Source of the DNA: Octopus vulgaris
Lineage: Eukaryota
Length of the DNA stretch: 64,000 nt
Direction of reading: 5' to 3'
Assembly (NCBI GenBank): GCA_951406725.2
Contig: OX597819.1
Span: 53,196,001 to 53,260,000 of the forward strand
Part shown: in pieces, positions 41,961 to 57,124 of the stretch
Layout of the letters: every line of letters begins with the position of its first letter
How positions within the stretch are numbered: the first letter of the stretch is position 1
Made by a program: the position numbers and the translations under genes
The notes under the pieces: model-generated
Told to the model about the DNA's origin: nothing
The model's input: the letters and a program-made list of their open reading frames with translations, nothing else
Database searches by the model: none

Positions 41961-42661
41961 TCTTTTACTTGTTTCAGTCATTTTAACTGTGGCCATGCTG
42001 GAGCACCGCCTTTAGTCGAGCAAATCGACCCCAAGACTTATTCTTTGTAAGCCTAGTACTTATTCTATCGGTCTATTTTTGCTGAACTGCTAAGTTATGG
42101 GGACGTAAACACACCAGCATCGGTTGCCAAGCGATGTTGGGGGGGATAAACACAGACACACAAACATATACATACACATACATACGAGGGGTTCTTTTAG
42201 TTTCCTTCTACCAAATCCACTCACAAGGCTTTGGTCAGTTCAATGCTATAGTAGAAGACACTTGCCCAAGGTGTCATGCAGTGGGAGTGAACCCAGAACC
42301 ATGTGGTTGGTAAGCAAGCTACTTACCACACAGCCACTCCGACGCCTATATATGTAAAACTTATACCCTTTACTTGTTTCAGTCATTGGACTGCAGCCAT
42401 GTTAGGCACGCACTACCATAAAGGGTGTTAGTCAAACAAATCAATTTCAAAATATATTATTTTCTATTTTTTAAAATAAAGTCTGGTGCTGATTTTATTG
42501 CTTTGTTTCGCTGAACTGCTAAGTTATGGGGAGGGGACATAAACAGACCTACACCAGTTGTCAAACAGTGTTGAAAGACAAACACAAACACACACATACA
42601 TATCTATATATATATATCATCATCATCATCGTTTAACGTCCGCTTTCCATGCTAGCATGGG

Positions 42662-42705
<44 letters not shown>

Positions 42706-42858
42706 GATGGGGTTCTTGTAGTTGATGTGTACCAAATTCAATCATAAGGTGTTGGTCGGCCCACAGCGACAGTAGAAGACACTTTCCCAAGGTGTCACAG
42801 AGAGACTGAACTCAGAACCATATGTTGGGAAGCAAGTTTCTTACCAGACAGCTATGCC
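41961..42858 (-). mobile_element. Two head-to-tail SINE family A copies (41961-42346 young; 42369-42858)
   Basis: Both start ttttacttgtttcagtcatt on + and end in the reverse-complemented tRNA head (cttacca...cagc). Confidence 0.9.
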
Positions 42859-42999
42859 TGAGTCCCCCTCCCAACAAACACAAGACCAACTATAGAGACA
42901 TTCAAAAGTATCTACACAGAAACATCAAGATCATTTTAATACATACACACATACTCATTGAAGTCATCAAAACATTAAAAAAAAACCCAAAAAAAAACA

Positions 43000-43170
43000 T
43001 CCAAACACACACATGTAGACCATCTAAACATACACATACATCAAGACCAAACACACACATACAGACACCAATACCATCTAAACATGCACATACACAACAA
43101 CCATCTAAACTCACACAGACAAAAACAACCATCTAAATACACATACATATCAAGACCATTAAACACACAC
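43000..43170. repeat. Degenerate ~25-28-bp minisatellite built on ccatctaaac plus (ca)n
   Basis: ccatctaaa recurs at about 43020, 43074, 43101 and 43129. Confidence 0.75.
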
Positions 43171-43343
43171 ACACACACACATACTGAGCTTATCAACACA
43201 CACAATTTCCAAGTTACCCCAAAATAAGTGAAACAGCTAAAAAGAGAGTTTCCTTCTCTTTACATTGCTTGTTTATTTTTTAGTTTCTCCCCCCTTAGAC
43301 TTTGAATACAATTGCATATGTATTCCTGTTAACATACACATGC

Positions 43344-43383
<40 letters not shown>

Positions 43384-44589
43384 GCAAACATGATTGTGGG
43401 TAGAGTTTGTGTGCAGTGGGAGTGTTTTGTATCTACCCCCTCATCTAAAAGAAAAGAGACAGAAACTCACAAAACAACAAATTGTGACAGTTTACTGAGT
43501 GAATCCTCACTAATTGAATAGTTTCTCTGTTAAGAAATTCTCAATGCCACCCCTCAGCATTCTAGCCATACCCTTCGCAGTATTAGCATGCCATTCAACA
43601 CCCGCAAAGCTTCAAAAACATAGATACAGTTGATTTCTTGTATGCAATCTTAAGCATCCACCATACCAAAACTCACAGCCTCTTTCTAAACATACCTAAC
43701 AACTTTTCTTTTTTTTTTCGCTTTTTCTTTGATTTCTGTCTTGCAGTTTTTTTGTTTATTTGATTTTTTTGATTTTTTTTTTTTTCTTAACCCTATTACT
43801 ATGTAATACTGTTATTGTAGAGGGAAGAGGCAGAAAGAGAAGAGAGAGGAAGGAGGAAAGAAAAAGATGAATGAAAAGAGGATGGAAATAAAAAGGTAAA
43901 CACTGAATTGGAAGGAGAGAGTGAGAGAGAATGCAAAATGAAACAGGATATGTAGAATAAAAGAAAAAGATATTCAAGAGAGAGAGAAAGAGATAAGAGA
44001 GATAACAAACAGAGTGAAATTAGATAGAGGAAGGAGTAAGGAAGAATTGAAAGGAAAGAAAAAAGCCTACCTAACCATTTGTTTAACCACCAATTCTATT
44101 AGATATCTGGTGATGATGCTTATCTACCTGGGGAGGCCTTCTGAAGAGCACCTCAACAAATTGTTCTCTTGTGTTTCAGCTAATCCATCATCTTCAGCAG
44201 ACATCAATGGATGTATATAAATCAGCCTCCACTGAGTCACTGGTGCTTCAGCAGAAACTGACATCGTGCACATTGAAATAGCAGTATCTCATAGAACTTT
44301 TTCATCAACACAACCCTGAGAAGATTTCTCTGAACAGTTACTCAACCTGCTGAAAATATCAACCAAATATCTCTCAAATTATACATGTCCACCAGAGTCG
44401 AGGGAAACACTGAATAAGATTCCTTTGAAGGTTTTTATAGCTCTACCGGATTCCAACTAAGAAAGTGCAAAACAATGCTACAAAAGTCATATTAAAAAAC
44501 ATAAGACTTTTCTTTTCTAAATATTTTATCCATTTCTTGCCTGGAATGGTAGTTTATCCATATATATTAATTCAATTTTTGAAGCACTG

Positions 44590-45520
44590 AACAATATCCT
44601 ATCCTCACAAAATGCTTCAAGTACCCAACGCTCTTTCCCTTTCCAGTATTTGGAAATCCATTAGTGTGTCCCATTCTCAAGAAGGGCAACTAGTTCTGTT
44701 CTTCCAGCTATCAGCATCTTATCGCACTCACTTCCAACATTTCAAAGATGACAGAGAAACCATTAACAATCTTCTCCCACCCCTTGAATCTCCCTCTTCA
44801 ATGACAACCTGTAGGATTTTCATAAAGCAACTTCAACTGGTGATGTATTCTTTGAGGGCACTCACCAGTAAGTCTTCACCTTTAAGAAATTTAGTGAAAA
44901 CAGCGTTGTTGCCTACAATGGACAGCAAAGCATTTGACCATGTTGACAAGCAAAAAAACAAAAACTCCATTAATTTAGGCTGTATCAACCTTGTCTCCTA
45001 CAACAGAAAGATGCAATCACAATACGTGAATAAAACATCCCACACCCACTAAACAAAAAAAAACCCCACCTAACTTAGAACACTTTTGAAATCACTACAA
45101 ACATTAGGTCTCATCACTGAATATCTCTCCTCCAAAATGCACATCCCCAGAATGCTAAAGGCACATCCTCTTCAGAATCAGAAAACACTTCATCCCCTAA
45201 CAATTAAATTCTTTTACAAAGCTCAGCATACTGCCCCCACATCTGGGACAGTGCTGCTGCTGCTGCTGCACATACAGACTTCATAAACCACATTCAAAGA
45301 AAAAAAAAATTGCCACCCAAATGATTGGCATGATGTTACTCAGAGATGTGCTGATTCCATTCACTCTGCCTTTTCTACAACTACTACAGATGCCTCTGCT
45401 TCTTTAGCACTAGCTAGTCTTGTACTGCCTCCAGAAGGGTAGTCCTGATCCACTTGTTTCTTTTTCTCACATTACCCATATTGTCTTACCAACCAAGGGT
45501 GAATTATATCCAATATGTCC
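44590..45520 (+). pseudogene. Decayed reverse-transcriptase fragment of a CR1/L2/Jockey-group LINE with internal deletion
   Basis: Across frameshifts: IWK..PILKKGN*..SYQHLIALTSNISKMTE, DSKAFDHV, FYKAQ..HIWDSA..HIQRK, LCLFYNYY. Confidence 0.75.
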
Positions 45521-48500
45521 ATTCCAAGAATGTTGGCTCTCTAAAATTCACTCTCAGAACATGTTTTCCTCTTGAGGTCATTGCCCTTCAACCATTCTAG
45601 AGGAATGATAATCACTTTGATCACACTGATTTCAGCAAGAATATATAAGCTATGAGCACCACCTCTTCCTCCAGCACAGTTTTTTTCTACAACTTTTCTA
45701 CAATATCTGTCATCTGGACAAGATGTCATGTAATAATGTTAGCAATATCAATTAGTACATTGCTTCAGCGTATTAGCATTTAGTAAGCATTTTAACCATG
45801 GGCCCATCCCTCTATCAACCATTGATAACTAACGGAAAATTTAGACATGCTTTATTCTGAAATACACTGGGTACCGCCATGAGATGGAAAGAAATCTTCA
45901 CCTTGGAAGTAGACACCTACTCCCTTCTATGCCATGCAGTTTCTTCCTCTGCTCAATGCTTATATAACAGAGCATAAGGAAGATTTAGATGCTATACAAT
46001 TTTAGGGTCTAAAATGCTTCAGTTCTATGTCATAGTCACACACAGAAATGGACACATTTCAGCTTGGCTATATTCAATAATTAGATTTGTGTGTGTATCT
46101 GAGTGTGCACACATATGCATAAGTATGGTGCCAGAGTGTTTGCGCACATACACACACACACACGTGTGTGTGCACAATCAAACGGAGATAGGGTGAAGAA
46201 AGAAATGAAAGGAAACAAATAAGCAAGAAAGAGATAGTCCACATGAATGTATGTGCTTGAGTGTGTAATGAGCTGATAAGAGCAGTGCAGACCACAAAGA
46301 AGAAGCAAAGCAGTTAAAGATGTCAGTATATTGTTTACAAGGTATATAAAGAAGCTTTGTGTGGCTGATACCCTCGGTAAACAGGGAAGAAAGAAAACAA
46401 AGAAGGAAAATGCTAATGTTGGTTTATGTGTTAACTCCTACAAAAGTAATTTGAGCAGAGATAAACGATACAACATGACCGATACCATTAATTACCATAT
46501 GTCAACAATGTATATGACCAGGTCTGAAGATGCATTTTATCTACAGTTAATAAGAGCTGAAGAAAGTTCTATCAACAAAACCCCAAATGGGAAACAAGAA
46601 TAAATTACATGGGATAATCTAATGATGAAATAGCATTGCTTCTTGATGAAAGCTCAAATGGCAAAATAAATTCTCCTACTTGCAGAACTGTAATACAATG
46701 TATATTATTGATACAATATATGTTTATATACTTTTTTTCCTCCTATAACAACAAACTAAACTAATTTTTCTTTTCATTTCTTGGTGTGTGTGCATACGTG
46801 TGTGAGTATGTGTGCATGCGCACGCATGCATGCATCAAAATTTTTATGCATACTTCTATGTTGGTATGTGTTGAACAAGACTTCTTGAGATAGTATTCAA
46901 TGGTCAAACACTGTTCTTGGTGTCAAGTTGGATACTTTTATTCCATTGCTTCATACATTAAATTATCACTGAACATTTTGTTGATGGGAAATTTAACACA
47001 TTAGTCACCACATGAACCACGGGTGGTTTATTACTTAACTTCACACAACATTCAGTAACAGGCCATGGAGGTTAACATGTTAAAAAATGTCACTTCCAAA
47101 GCAGTGTTAATGCCAAAACATGCAGTTGGAAGAGGCACACACAAACATTCCATCTACAGAATTTGTCATACAAGGACAAAGTATTGGTCAACCCTAGGCT
47201 GTAGTAAAAGGCACTGCTCCAAGGGGCCATGCAGTGGAGTCTTGAAATCACATGGTCACAAAGAGAACTTCTTCAGCACATAGTGAAACTTGCATACACG
47301 TAGACATGCAAGTGAGTGTGTGTGAAACAAGCAAAGGGTGGACGATTCAAAAATGGAATTGCCACTATTAAGTTTTGCATCTACTTTTCCATATTGAAAT
47401 GAATCAGATGGATTTGCAATATCTCAGCCTTCACTATATTTCCACCTCCAATGCAAAAAGCAAAGGTATGTAGCCATGGGGTTAGGATATTGCACTAAAA
47501 AATACAAGACCATGGTTTCAATTCCCAGACTGGCTGTGCATTGTGTTCTTGAACAAAACACTTCATTTCATGTTGCCCCAGTCCATGCAGCTGTAAATAG
47601 GTAACCTTGTGACAAATTGACATACAAGTGTGCACCCAAACAGAGGTCTTGTGAAACACATTTTGTATTCAGCGATCAAAAAGATGCACAATACAACCTG
47701 TACTGTGAATCCTGACTGGTTGGGGTTGGTTGTTCAACCATGTCAAAGGTTGATTGATGAATGCAAATATTTCCAGTGAATCCATACCTATTGGCACATT
47801 ACTATAAAATTACTACAGGTACATTACTCTATAACTACATGAAAAGCAAAAAATGCTTTTCATTATTGTTCTTAATTCTTTCTTAATTCAACAAGCAAAT
47901 GAGTGGTTGAATTGAAGAACTACTTTCTCAACAACAGGATTATAAGTGAAGGGGAACATGCATGCATGTCTATGTACAGACATTTAATTCAGTAACAGCA
48001 GACATGCAAATTTTCAGATATTTGCACTATGATTTGATGCAGGGCAAGTGTGTTACTTTTATATGTACAGCAAGAAACTTGACTGAACACCAAATGTGTG
48101 TGTGTGCGCGCGCGAGAGCACACATGCACATGTATGTGTGTATTAAGTAGGTGCTATACAACAATGAAAATCTGACAAAATAGTCAGCCAAACCAGAAAA
48201 GTTTGAATGGAGAGGTTGTGAATCATAAGTCTAGCATACTGTCTGCTCAGCCAGCATGTAAGTGAATGATTTGGTTGCTGAATATCTGACCAGTGACTAG
48301 CAGCAATTCAATGGCTAAATTGCCAAAATGTAAAAGTATTTGGAAATGGTGCAGAGCCAGTGAGCAGGGTCAGAAAAGAACCCATGCAAGCAGTTGACTG
48401 TGGGAAGAGGAGAGGATTAGCGCAGATATAATATTCATAAAACTGAGAAAGGTGTAATTTACATGCTAAACTAAACAGGTTTTGTAACTAAACTACATTT

Positions 48501-48720
48501 TCAAAAGGTGCTAAAATTCATCAGACAAATGAACAAGAGTTTGAAAATGGAATGTCCATGATTTCCAGTTGGATGAACAACTCACAGAGCTATTAGATAA
48601 TACCGATATGCCAATCAGCCATGGACTAAATTTTCCTCGGTATTCACATACCAAGAGCCATTAAATAAATCTAAATATCAGAATTGTTATCATTCTATTC
48701 CAGAATATCATATAACACAA

Positions 48721-48803
<83 letters not shown>

Positions 48804-49419
48804 CATACATATGCATAGTACCAATAGCTTAAAGTCTGTGTGAGTATTTGTGCGTGTCTGTGCATGTGAAACAATATGTAACTGAGTGTTTGTTGTGCAT
48901 ATGTATGTGTTTATACTATTTAGTAATGTTATGTGCATGTGTGATCATGTGCATTATTTTGTGTGTAGCAGTGTATGTCTGCACATGCGTAATGTCTAAT
49001 GAAGTATGTATACCCATATATTTCTTCAAAGCATCTGTTTTATGACGGGTACTTTTAGCCAGCAGAAAACAACATCTAAATAGTTATGTGCAAGCATTTA
49101 TTTAAATACATGCATAGTCATATGCATACGTGCATACACACACACACACACACACACACAGCAGTGGAATCATTATATGTTACTCTTGAAAGAACAAAAA
49201 ACAAAAACAAATGAAAACGAAAGTAATAAAAGTCTACCTAACATATAGTAGATGTAATGGTGCAATGAAAACACAGCATGCAATACAAAATTCAGAACAG
49301 AATGTGCAAATGTGTGTGAGCACATGCAAGCATCAATCTGTGTGTGTGTGATGTTTTCTTGCATAGCTACATGTAGAATAATGTTGGTGCAGATATTTTC
49401 TGAGTTGCATGCAACATAC

Positions 49420-49510
49420 CATTCTGTAAAAACCTCCACCGCCAACGGAGGTCATTCAACTGAACAATAATTACTGATTCCATAACCGCAAGCACACGTC
49501 CACCCGCCAT
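49420..49510 (-). other. Candidate alternative (possibly first) exon ending at an ATG|gtatgt donor
   Basis: Locally CpG-rich unique sequence, good donor at 49419, TGCATG just downstream, (CT)n tract upstream; possible peptides MTSVGGGGFYRM (phase 0) or MAGGRV...FLQN (phase 1). Confidence 0.3.
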
Positions 49511-49689
49511 ACACAAATATAATAATGCATAAATGTGCACGCAGGCACACACACTCATGCGCACACTACTGTCACTTAGCTCAGTACACCATCATTGTTT
49601 TTCTTTAAAGGTCCAGGCAGGGTAAAGTCAGTTGTATTAGCTGGTTGATGGTATGTTGTACTTACTTGCATTATCAAGTGCGTGCGTGC

Positions 49690-49740
<51 letters not shown>

Positions 49741-50432
49741 ATAGTAGTGTTGGATTCAGAAACAAGTAGTATTGAAATTGATAAGGAAGTATTTATGCTA
49801 AATTTTACACTTGTACCATATACTTGCATGTACGATGCACAGGCACACACAAAAGAAAATTCAAAAGGTGAGGCAGAAATAGTGCTTCATACTGTGGAAA
49901 ATATGTGACCTGAAATACCACGTTAACATGTGTATAACACTCAATGTAAACTTCACATGAATCTCAATTACTACACAGTATAAAACTCCTCGTCGTGATT
50001 GTCACTGTAACCACCACTACTAGTATCACCGTCATATCCCAAATCTATTACTTCTCTGTTGGTATGGATTAAATAGTTGAGTGAATTAGCAACGCTCCAC
50101 ACATTTGCATCCTAAATACCTGTACTACATGTCTATAGTGTGATCGCTTGACACATTTTGTGAAATTTCAAGTTGAAAAGTACTAATCCAGGATTTTGCT
50201 AGTCAGGCAGATTCCAATGGTTTGGGTTGGTGATTTGAATCTAATGAGTCATTAGTATGACCCTTACTTGGTTAGCTGTTCTACTAACTGTACCTCATAC
50301 TATTTGCACCCACCACAGCATTCTTAAAGGGGTTGAAGCTGCTACACAGGCAGGATCAGAACTGGAGTATTGAGCACCCTTGGCCCAGTCCTACAAAGCA
50401 TACCCACTTCACCTAGTTATGACTATTCAGTG

Positions 50433-50732
50433 CAGTGGTTCTCAACTCGGGTCCTAAAAAGATTTTTGGGGGTTCAAGCAACAACATAGTAAATTAAGGA
50501 ACTGAAATAGTACTTTAAGGGCCAATGAAAAAATCTTTTCTTTAGATGTATGTATTGCAAGAAGCAGCTCAGTTTCTTTCTCTAGCATTTTACAAGTAAA
50601 CAAAATAGGAATTTGGAAAGAAGTTTCTATAAAACTAGTATTTAAACATTGAATGGCTACAGGGACCCACCAGAATAAAACAGTAATCAAAAAGGGTCAA
50701 TAGACAAAAAAAAAAGTGGTTGAGAACCCCTG
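50433..50732. mobile_element. hAT (Charlie/MER5-like) MITE, 300 bp
   Basis: TIRs CAGTGGTTCTCAAC and GTTGAGAACCCCTG; degenerate 8-bp TSD attcagtg/atttagta. Confidence 0.85.
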
Positions 50733-50744
50733 ATTTAGTAAAAA

Positions 50745-50970
50745 CACTGATTGTCAAGTAATGTACAGGATGGGTGGAACAAAGACACATAAATATACAT
50801 CATATACATACTACAAGCTTCCACATTGTTTCCAAATACTAAATCCACTCATAAGGCTTTGGTTGGTCTGAAGCTATAATGGAAGACACTTGCTCAAGGT
50901 TCCACACAGTGGGACTGAACCCAAAACCATATGGTTGCAAAATGAGCTTCCTTACCACAGAGCCATGCCT
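50745..50970 (-). mobile_element. SINE family A 5' half (another partial at about 47160-47295)
   Basis: aaatccactcataaggctttgg...gaagacacttgctcaagg...gggactgaaccc. Confidence 0.8.
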
Positions 50971-53314
50971 ATACCTACACAACTATGTCTGCATCTACAC
51001 AGCTATGCCTGCTGATGGTTTACTTTTAAATATACTTCTTAGGAGACAAACAAGTTGTGTAAGTGTTGGTAACATAGCAAAACATTTGAATTACCAAAGG
51101 TGTCTATACTATAAAAAAGATTAGAGAGTGATAAATCAATGAGACTCTTGTATGCAGAATATGGTGTAGGTTCACTAACAACATATGATGTTAAGAAACA
51201 ACAAGAGGAAATAATAATAAAAACCAATTTACCAACATCAAAAGTAAGGAAGTAATTGAAAACAGACTATTATTAAAAGTTAATAGACAACTTTGATTTA
51301 GATTGCATGTAGAAACATAAATATAGTTTGGACATCAATTTACATAAAAAATTAAGGTAACTGATTGCTTTCAGTTTATAATTTTAATGTAATGTTTTAC
51401 AGGTATCAGTAAGCATAATTTTCTTGGCTTTTTTTTTTCCTACTAATCTACTTATTACTGTAACCATGTGCAGTAGGACCAATACTTGTAATATATAAGT
51501 CAAATAAGCAGGAGCTAGATATATGCTTATCTAAGCTGAATAGGTATCAACAAAACATTACAATATAGTATATATTACTTTTTTCTTTTTACATTGTTCA
51601 AGAAAATCCACTACTCTAGTACATATCTGATCCCAAACTATCCTCTTAATAAGTAAGGTTTGACCTGTGCAATGTAAAAGAATATGGGCATGAGTTTTCA
51701 TCATTGGTTGCCATTCCTGTCATTAAATGCACAGTCTCTATCTATACTGACTCTAGTACTAGTACTACAATAGTACTTTTTAGGCTCAACAAAGTCTTCT
51801 AAACACTGTGATAGCTTGAGCTAATGTAATGACATGAAACATATCTGGTACTTTTCTTGTGGATGCCAGTAATCGAAAAATTCTCTTCTGCAACAAATCA
51901 AGTGGTCTCTATTCAGCTTCCCACAACATTTGCTTGATCTTTCTGTTGTGTTCTCATTAAGCACCATGTTAGCTCTGATTGAGTAGGCCTATCATCAAAA
52001 GCAGTTCACCTGTTACAATGCTGTTTATTTATTTATTTATTTTCTGCAGTTATAGTGTACCTCAAAACTACATTAACTGGTAGGATTTTGTTGCTATTTC
52101 TAGCTGGTTAAGTAACCAGGTAGAGACCACTTTCTATGCGTTTTTGTAATTTTAAGAGTGTGAAATAACTTTGATGGATCTACAACTACGATGATATGGT
52201 CATGATCTCTAATCCTTGGGCCTGGTTAAAATTCCACATGAAGAGTAATCATATGCAGCTTCAAAAAATGCTTGCAGCAATTCCTCCTAGTGTTGTACTG
52301 TGCTGTTGCACTTCACTCAAATGCCTTGCGATCTTTGTTTTTAAAACTCTGCAATCCCAGTACACAAGTGGTTGGCATTAAGAAGAGCATCCAGCTGTAG
52401 AAACCTTGCTAAAGCAGACACTGGAGCACAGCACAGCATTCTGGTCCATCAATTCACGTGGAATCATTCAATCTATGCTCCATTTTTAGTTGTTATTATC
52501 GTTTTATCTACAGTCACCCTAAGCAAACTAACCTATGACTATAGGCATCTCAGCCATAATCATCCCATCTTGTTTTCAGATAGAGCACTCCAAACTACAT
52601 TTATTTTTTTTAAAAGACAGAGTATAGAATGAGAGGAGATTGGCTTGCTATTTCTAGCAAGTCAAGACACAATGTAAGAGGTTATTTTATTAGTTGCTGC
52701 CACAGAGAGATATGATATGAAACATAAAGGCCAAAGTTATTGGGAAACAGTGAACAGTAATTGTTTCTGTACTGTGTCTAGAATTTATCCTGAATATACC
52801 TCGATTAAAAAGATTAACACCACACTAAAAGTTGGACACCCACCTACTCTCAAGATTTTGCAAATGAAGTCTCAGAGAATTACAAAGATCAGTTCAAACT
52901 GTCAATGTTTGTCAGACAGACAGACAAACAGACATTCACTGATGTTCATGTAGTTGATCCAATGCTGCTGCTAATAATGACAACAGTTTTAATGTACTTC
53001 ATGATTTTAAAATGTGCTTCTAGGTTTTAGCTTGCTTGATCAACTAACTGATGTTGAACAGAATGAAAACAATTTCTTATGCATAAAATACATAAACACA
53101 CAGGCATGTGCACACACGCACACACACACATATAAACACACACATACATATATAATAGAGATATGTATAGACAAACACATGATGTAACCTGTTATATGAA
53201 CATTTGTATTCATAAATATTTTAGAATAATAAATATGATAATGAGGATCATCAGAGACAATAATATCCTACTGAAATCACTTGCATATTGACACACAAAT
53301 GCATATGCGTGAGG

Positions 53315-53351
<37 letters not shown>

Positions 53352-54609
53352 TAGATATGAAGAGTTATGAGCATATTTCAAGAAGTATAAAAGCAGGCTA
53401 AATTATATTCTTACAATGATTATGTAAGAGACTGTCTATTATTAGTTTAGTAGACACTGAGCCTCCTCTAATGGCAAGTACCATTGACACTGCTACTGCA
53501 AGGGAATAAAAATTACTTTATGACTGCATTTCAGAGTGTATCCAAGTTGTTCACAACAGGCAGTCCTCTTCTCTAACAAATACAAATAAACATGACAGAC
53601 ATAACAGGGTTAAGGAGTTCTTTCTTGGCCATTGCAAATCGAGAAATATGATTTAGGACCTTGCTTGCATGAAATAAATGACCTCACTTCACAGAAAAAA
53701 GCTATGCAGATATATCATTGCTCTCTTATCGCTTTTTTTTTTTTTTTATAACTGTATGCATGGGAGAGAGAGATCTTTATTTTACAAGCATGACACTGAG
53801 TGGAAAGAAATGGGTAAAGTATGCAACAAATCAAGTGGTCCTCTATTTAGTTGGCTAAACAAACTTCCATGCCAACTGAATGAGTAGAGAACATACAAAC
53901 ACTTTTGCTTTTTAATTTTAATACCACTTGGGCCACTGCAACACTGCCTTAAATTCTTCTTTCTCTCAGGGGTGGAAAACTTGGCAATGAAGCCCAGCAA
54001 ATGCATCCAAGATACAAATTTCATTCAGAATGGTCAATAGAGAATTATTGAGGGAGGTGTGGAACGAGGACTTTGTATGGCCAGCAAGTTGGATGGGTGA
54101 AGTGGCAGAAACTTCTTGAGCAACCAGCCATGCTGTTGAGATTAAAAATAAAATAAAATACAAGGGAGGATACATAAATAAATGAACAAACTGCACTCAC
54201 TCTATGAGGTTAAACAAATTCATTTCCCCTTTGTGAATTCAAGTGTATTTGTTGTACTGTGTAAACACTTAAAAGAAACTATGCTCACTCCACAAACATT
54301 GACAGATAAACTAAAGGTTTGCTTTAGTAATTACAGAGCACATATTTATAGAGGCCATATTGAAGCAAATGACAACTGAGATAGACTGTGAGAGATAAGA
54401 AGACATGATCAGAAATGTAAATGATTGATGGCAGCAAAAGGGTGTGCAGAATTTGTTTAGGCGATGATGATGACACCAATGCCAACACTATAGCAACAAC
54501 AAATATGCTTCTACAAAAACAATAAGAACAAAATTAAGAGAAATAACAGCAAATAGAGAAAATCATGTGACAACAAGCAGACTAGAGCTAAGTATTTAGA
54601 TAATGATTC

Positions 54610-54900
54610 AGAAACCACTGATAACTACAACACATACTACTGTAAAACATCTATATCAGGTTAAACTACAACACATACAATGTGAGATTAACTTCTACAG
54701 CACTTACAACATCAGAGTAGCTATTGCAACATACAGGACATCAAACTAACACCTACGGCATTGGCGTAACAGGTACTACTACAACACATACCATACAGCA
54801 TTAGACTAACTAACCAAAGCACCTACATCAGAGTAACTTCCACAACAAATACAACTACAGAATTCACAGTATACATAGAAACATTAATAACAACCACATT
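54610..54900. repeat. Highly degenerate minisatellite (actacaacacatac / acatcagagta motifs)
   Basis: actacaacacatac occurs three times and acatcagagta twice. Confidence 0.65.
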
Positions 54901-55630
54901 GCCAACGAAGATAGTATTTTTAATGTGTACGCAAATGGAGTGGTGATGGTGGTGACGGTAGGAAGGAGGAGGAGAAGAGGTAGACAGTTCTCTGAAATGA
55001 AATCTTAGAGATAGTAAACAACCTTTGACATAATTAACTGAAGAAAACATGGTAAAAGGTTTATAGAAATACGAACAGCAACAAGAACAACAAAAAGATA
55101 GTGAGCATCACTTTAAAATGTTACGATGTGCATCATATAAGATGTGAATGGGTTACAAAGAAATAGGTTTCAGGAATTGCAGTTTAATTTAAGATTGGCA
55201 ACTTAGATATTAAAAGCTTTCCTGTGTTTGGTTTCTTTGTGCATGTTTATACATATATACACATATATAAAAGATACACACACACACAGCATATAGATAT
55301 ATATAACATACACACACGCTAGAGATGTATGCTTGTGTGTCTATTACACACAGGATATATAAAAACTTTGAAGTTGAAGATAATGGAATCTTTAACAGAG
55401 GGTAATAGTGGAAAAAAATTCTATAATAAAAACAATTCACTTTGTTTTTTAATTACTGATTTTAAAATAATTTTTGGTATTTACTTTTTGTTTGTTTGTT
55501 TCAGCCACCACCACCACCAACACCACCACCCTCTTCATTTCTCTTCAATTTGCTTTCAAATCTGTTTGGTGACAACTGTATTATTGACCTATTAGTTTAC
55601 ACATGCAGTACTTCTTCAAAGCAACTACTG

Positions 55631-55712
<82 letters not shown>

Positions 55713-56538
55713 TGCGTGCGCATGCATGCATGCATTTTGGCATGCAAACACAAGTGAGAAATTTAAATGTGTTCAATGCATGTGTGAATCACACACATGA
55801 TATACATACTATTTGTCATAAGAACGTCAGCAAAGATCCTACAAATTGTAATGGATTTGTACATGTCTATACCCAACCACACACAGTTTCTCTCTCATGA
55901 ACATATATACATACATACATGTGTGTATGAGCATACACAAATTAAAGACAAAAAGCACATGCATAGACTTACACAAAAGAGCTTCTATTACATAATAGAG
56001 AAAATTAGATAGATCGAAGGTTGACTGAGTGGATAAAAACAGCTTCCATTATAGGAAAAAGATTGGAGAGTAGGAGGACTTTACATGCAGAACAATCTTT
56101 CTTAACTGACAGAGATGGTATATGGGTGTGTAGACGAGTGAATACAGATACACTTGGTAGACTATTATAAGAGAAGAGCCAGAAAACGACGTGTGGACAG
56201 AAATGTTCCATCTCCACTGCACATGCATATACAGAGAGAAAACCAATCACAGAACAGCCATGTAGTTACTAGACCGGCTAGAAACACCAGCCAAACTTGC
56301 CTTGCCTTCAGAAGAAAGGACAAATTAGGTAATAGAAATCTTCAATAAGAGACTATGTCTGAAGAAGACAGGAAAGTCACAGCTGTGAATGCCTTTGGTT
56401 AGAGGTATAGGTCTTTCAACCAGGACCAGCCTGGGGCTGAACAACACTAATTTATACAGAAAGTTTATTGGTAGGAGGAAGAGAGGTAAAGAAATGTTGG
56501 CAGAATCAGTAGGGTAGTGGGTAAAATGATTTGCAATA

Positions 56539-57119
56539 CAGTAATCCCGCAACTATCATGGATGATACATTCCAAAACCCCTGTGATAAGTGAAAATCCA
56601 AGAGGTAGAAACAGTACTTTTTTTTTCTTTTATTTGTTTCAGTCATGTGACTGCAACCTTGCTGGAGCACTACCTTTAGTTGAACAAATCGACCCCAGGA
56701 CTTATTCTTTGTAAGCCTAGTACTTATTCTATTGTTCTCTTTTGCCGAACCGTTAAGTTACAGGGGACATAAACACACCAGTATCAGTTGTCAAGTGATG
56801 GTGAGGGCACAAACACAAACACACACAGACATATATATATACATGACAGGCTTCTTTTAGTTCCTGTCTACTAAATCCACTCAAAAGGCATCAGTCAGCA
56901 CGAGGCTATAGTAGAAGATACTTGCCCAAGGGGGCACACAGTAGGACTGAACCTGGCACCATGTGGTTGGGAAGTAAGCTTCTTACCACACAGCCATGCT
57001 AGAATTTTTTTTTTTTTTTAGAATTTGCATATATTTATTTTATTATAAATGCAAAGCAGCACCACGGAGAAATCAACATAAGCTTAAATAATAAACCACA
57101 ATATGGCTAGGGATTACTG
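56539..57119. mobile_element. Tigger/pogo-like (Tc1-mariner) MITE with a nested family A SINE (about 56627-56999, minus)
   Basis: TA|CAGTAATCCC ... GGGATTACTG|TA, with a SINE body inside. Confidence 0.85.
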
Positions 57120-57124
57120 TATAC

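Noticed and set aside
53966-54132. Minus-strand acceptor followed by a 55-codon open stretch
   Set aside because: No donor or recognisable product; cannot be distinguished from chance, though a terminal exon is not excluded.
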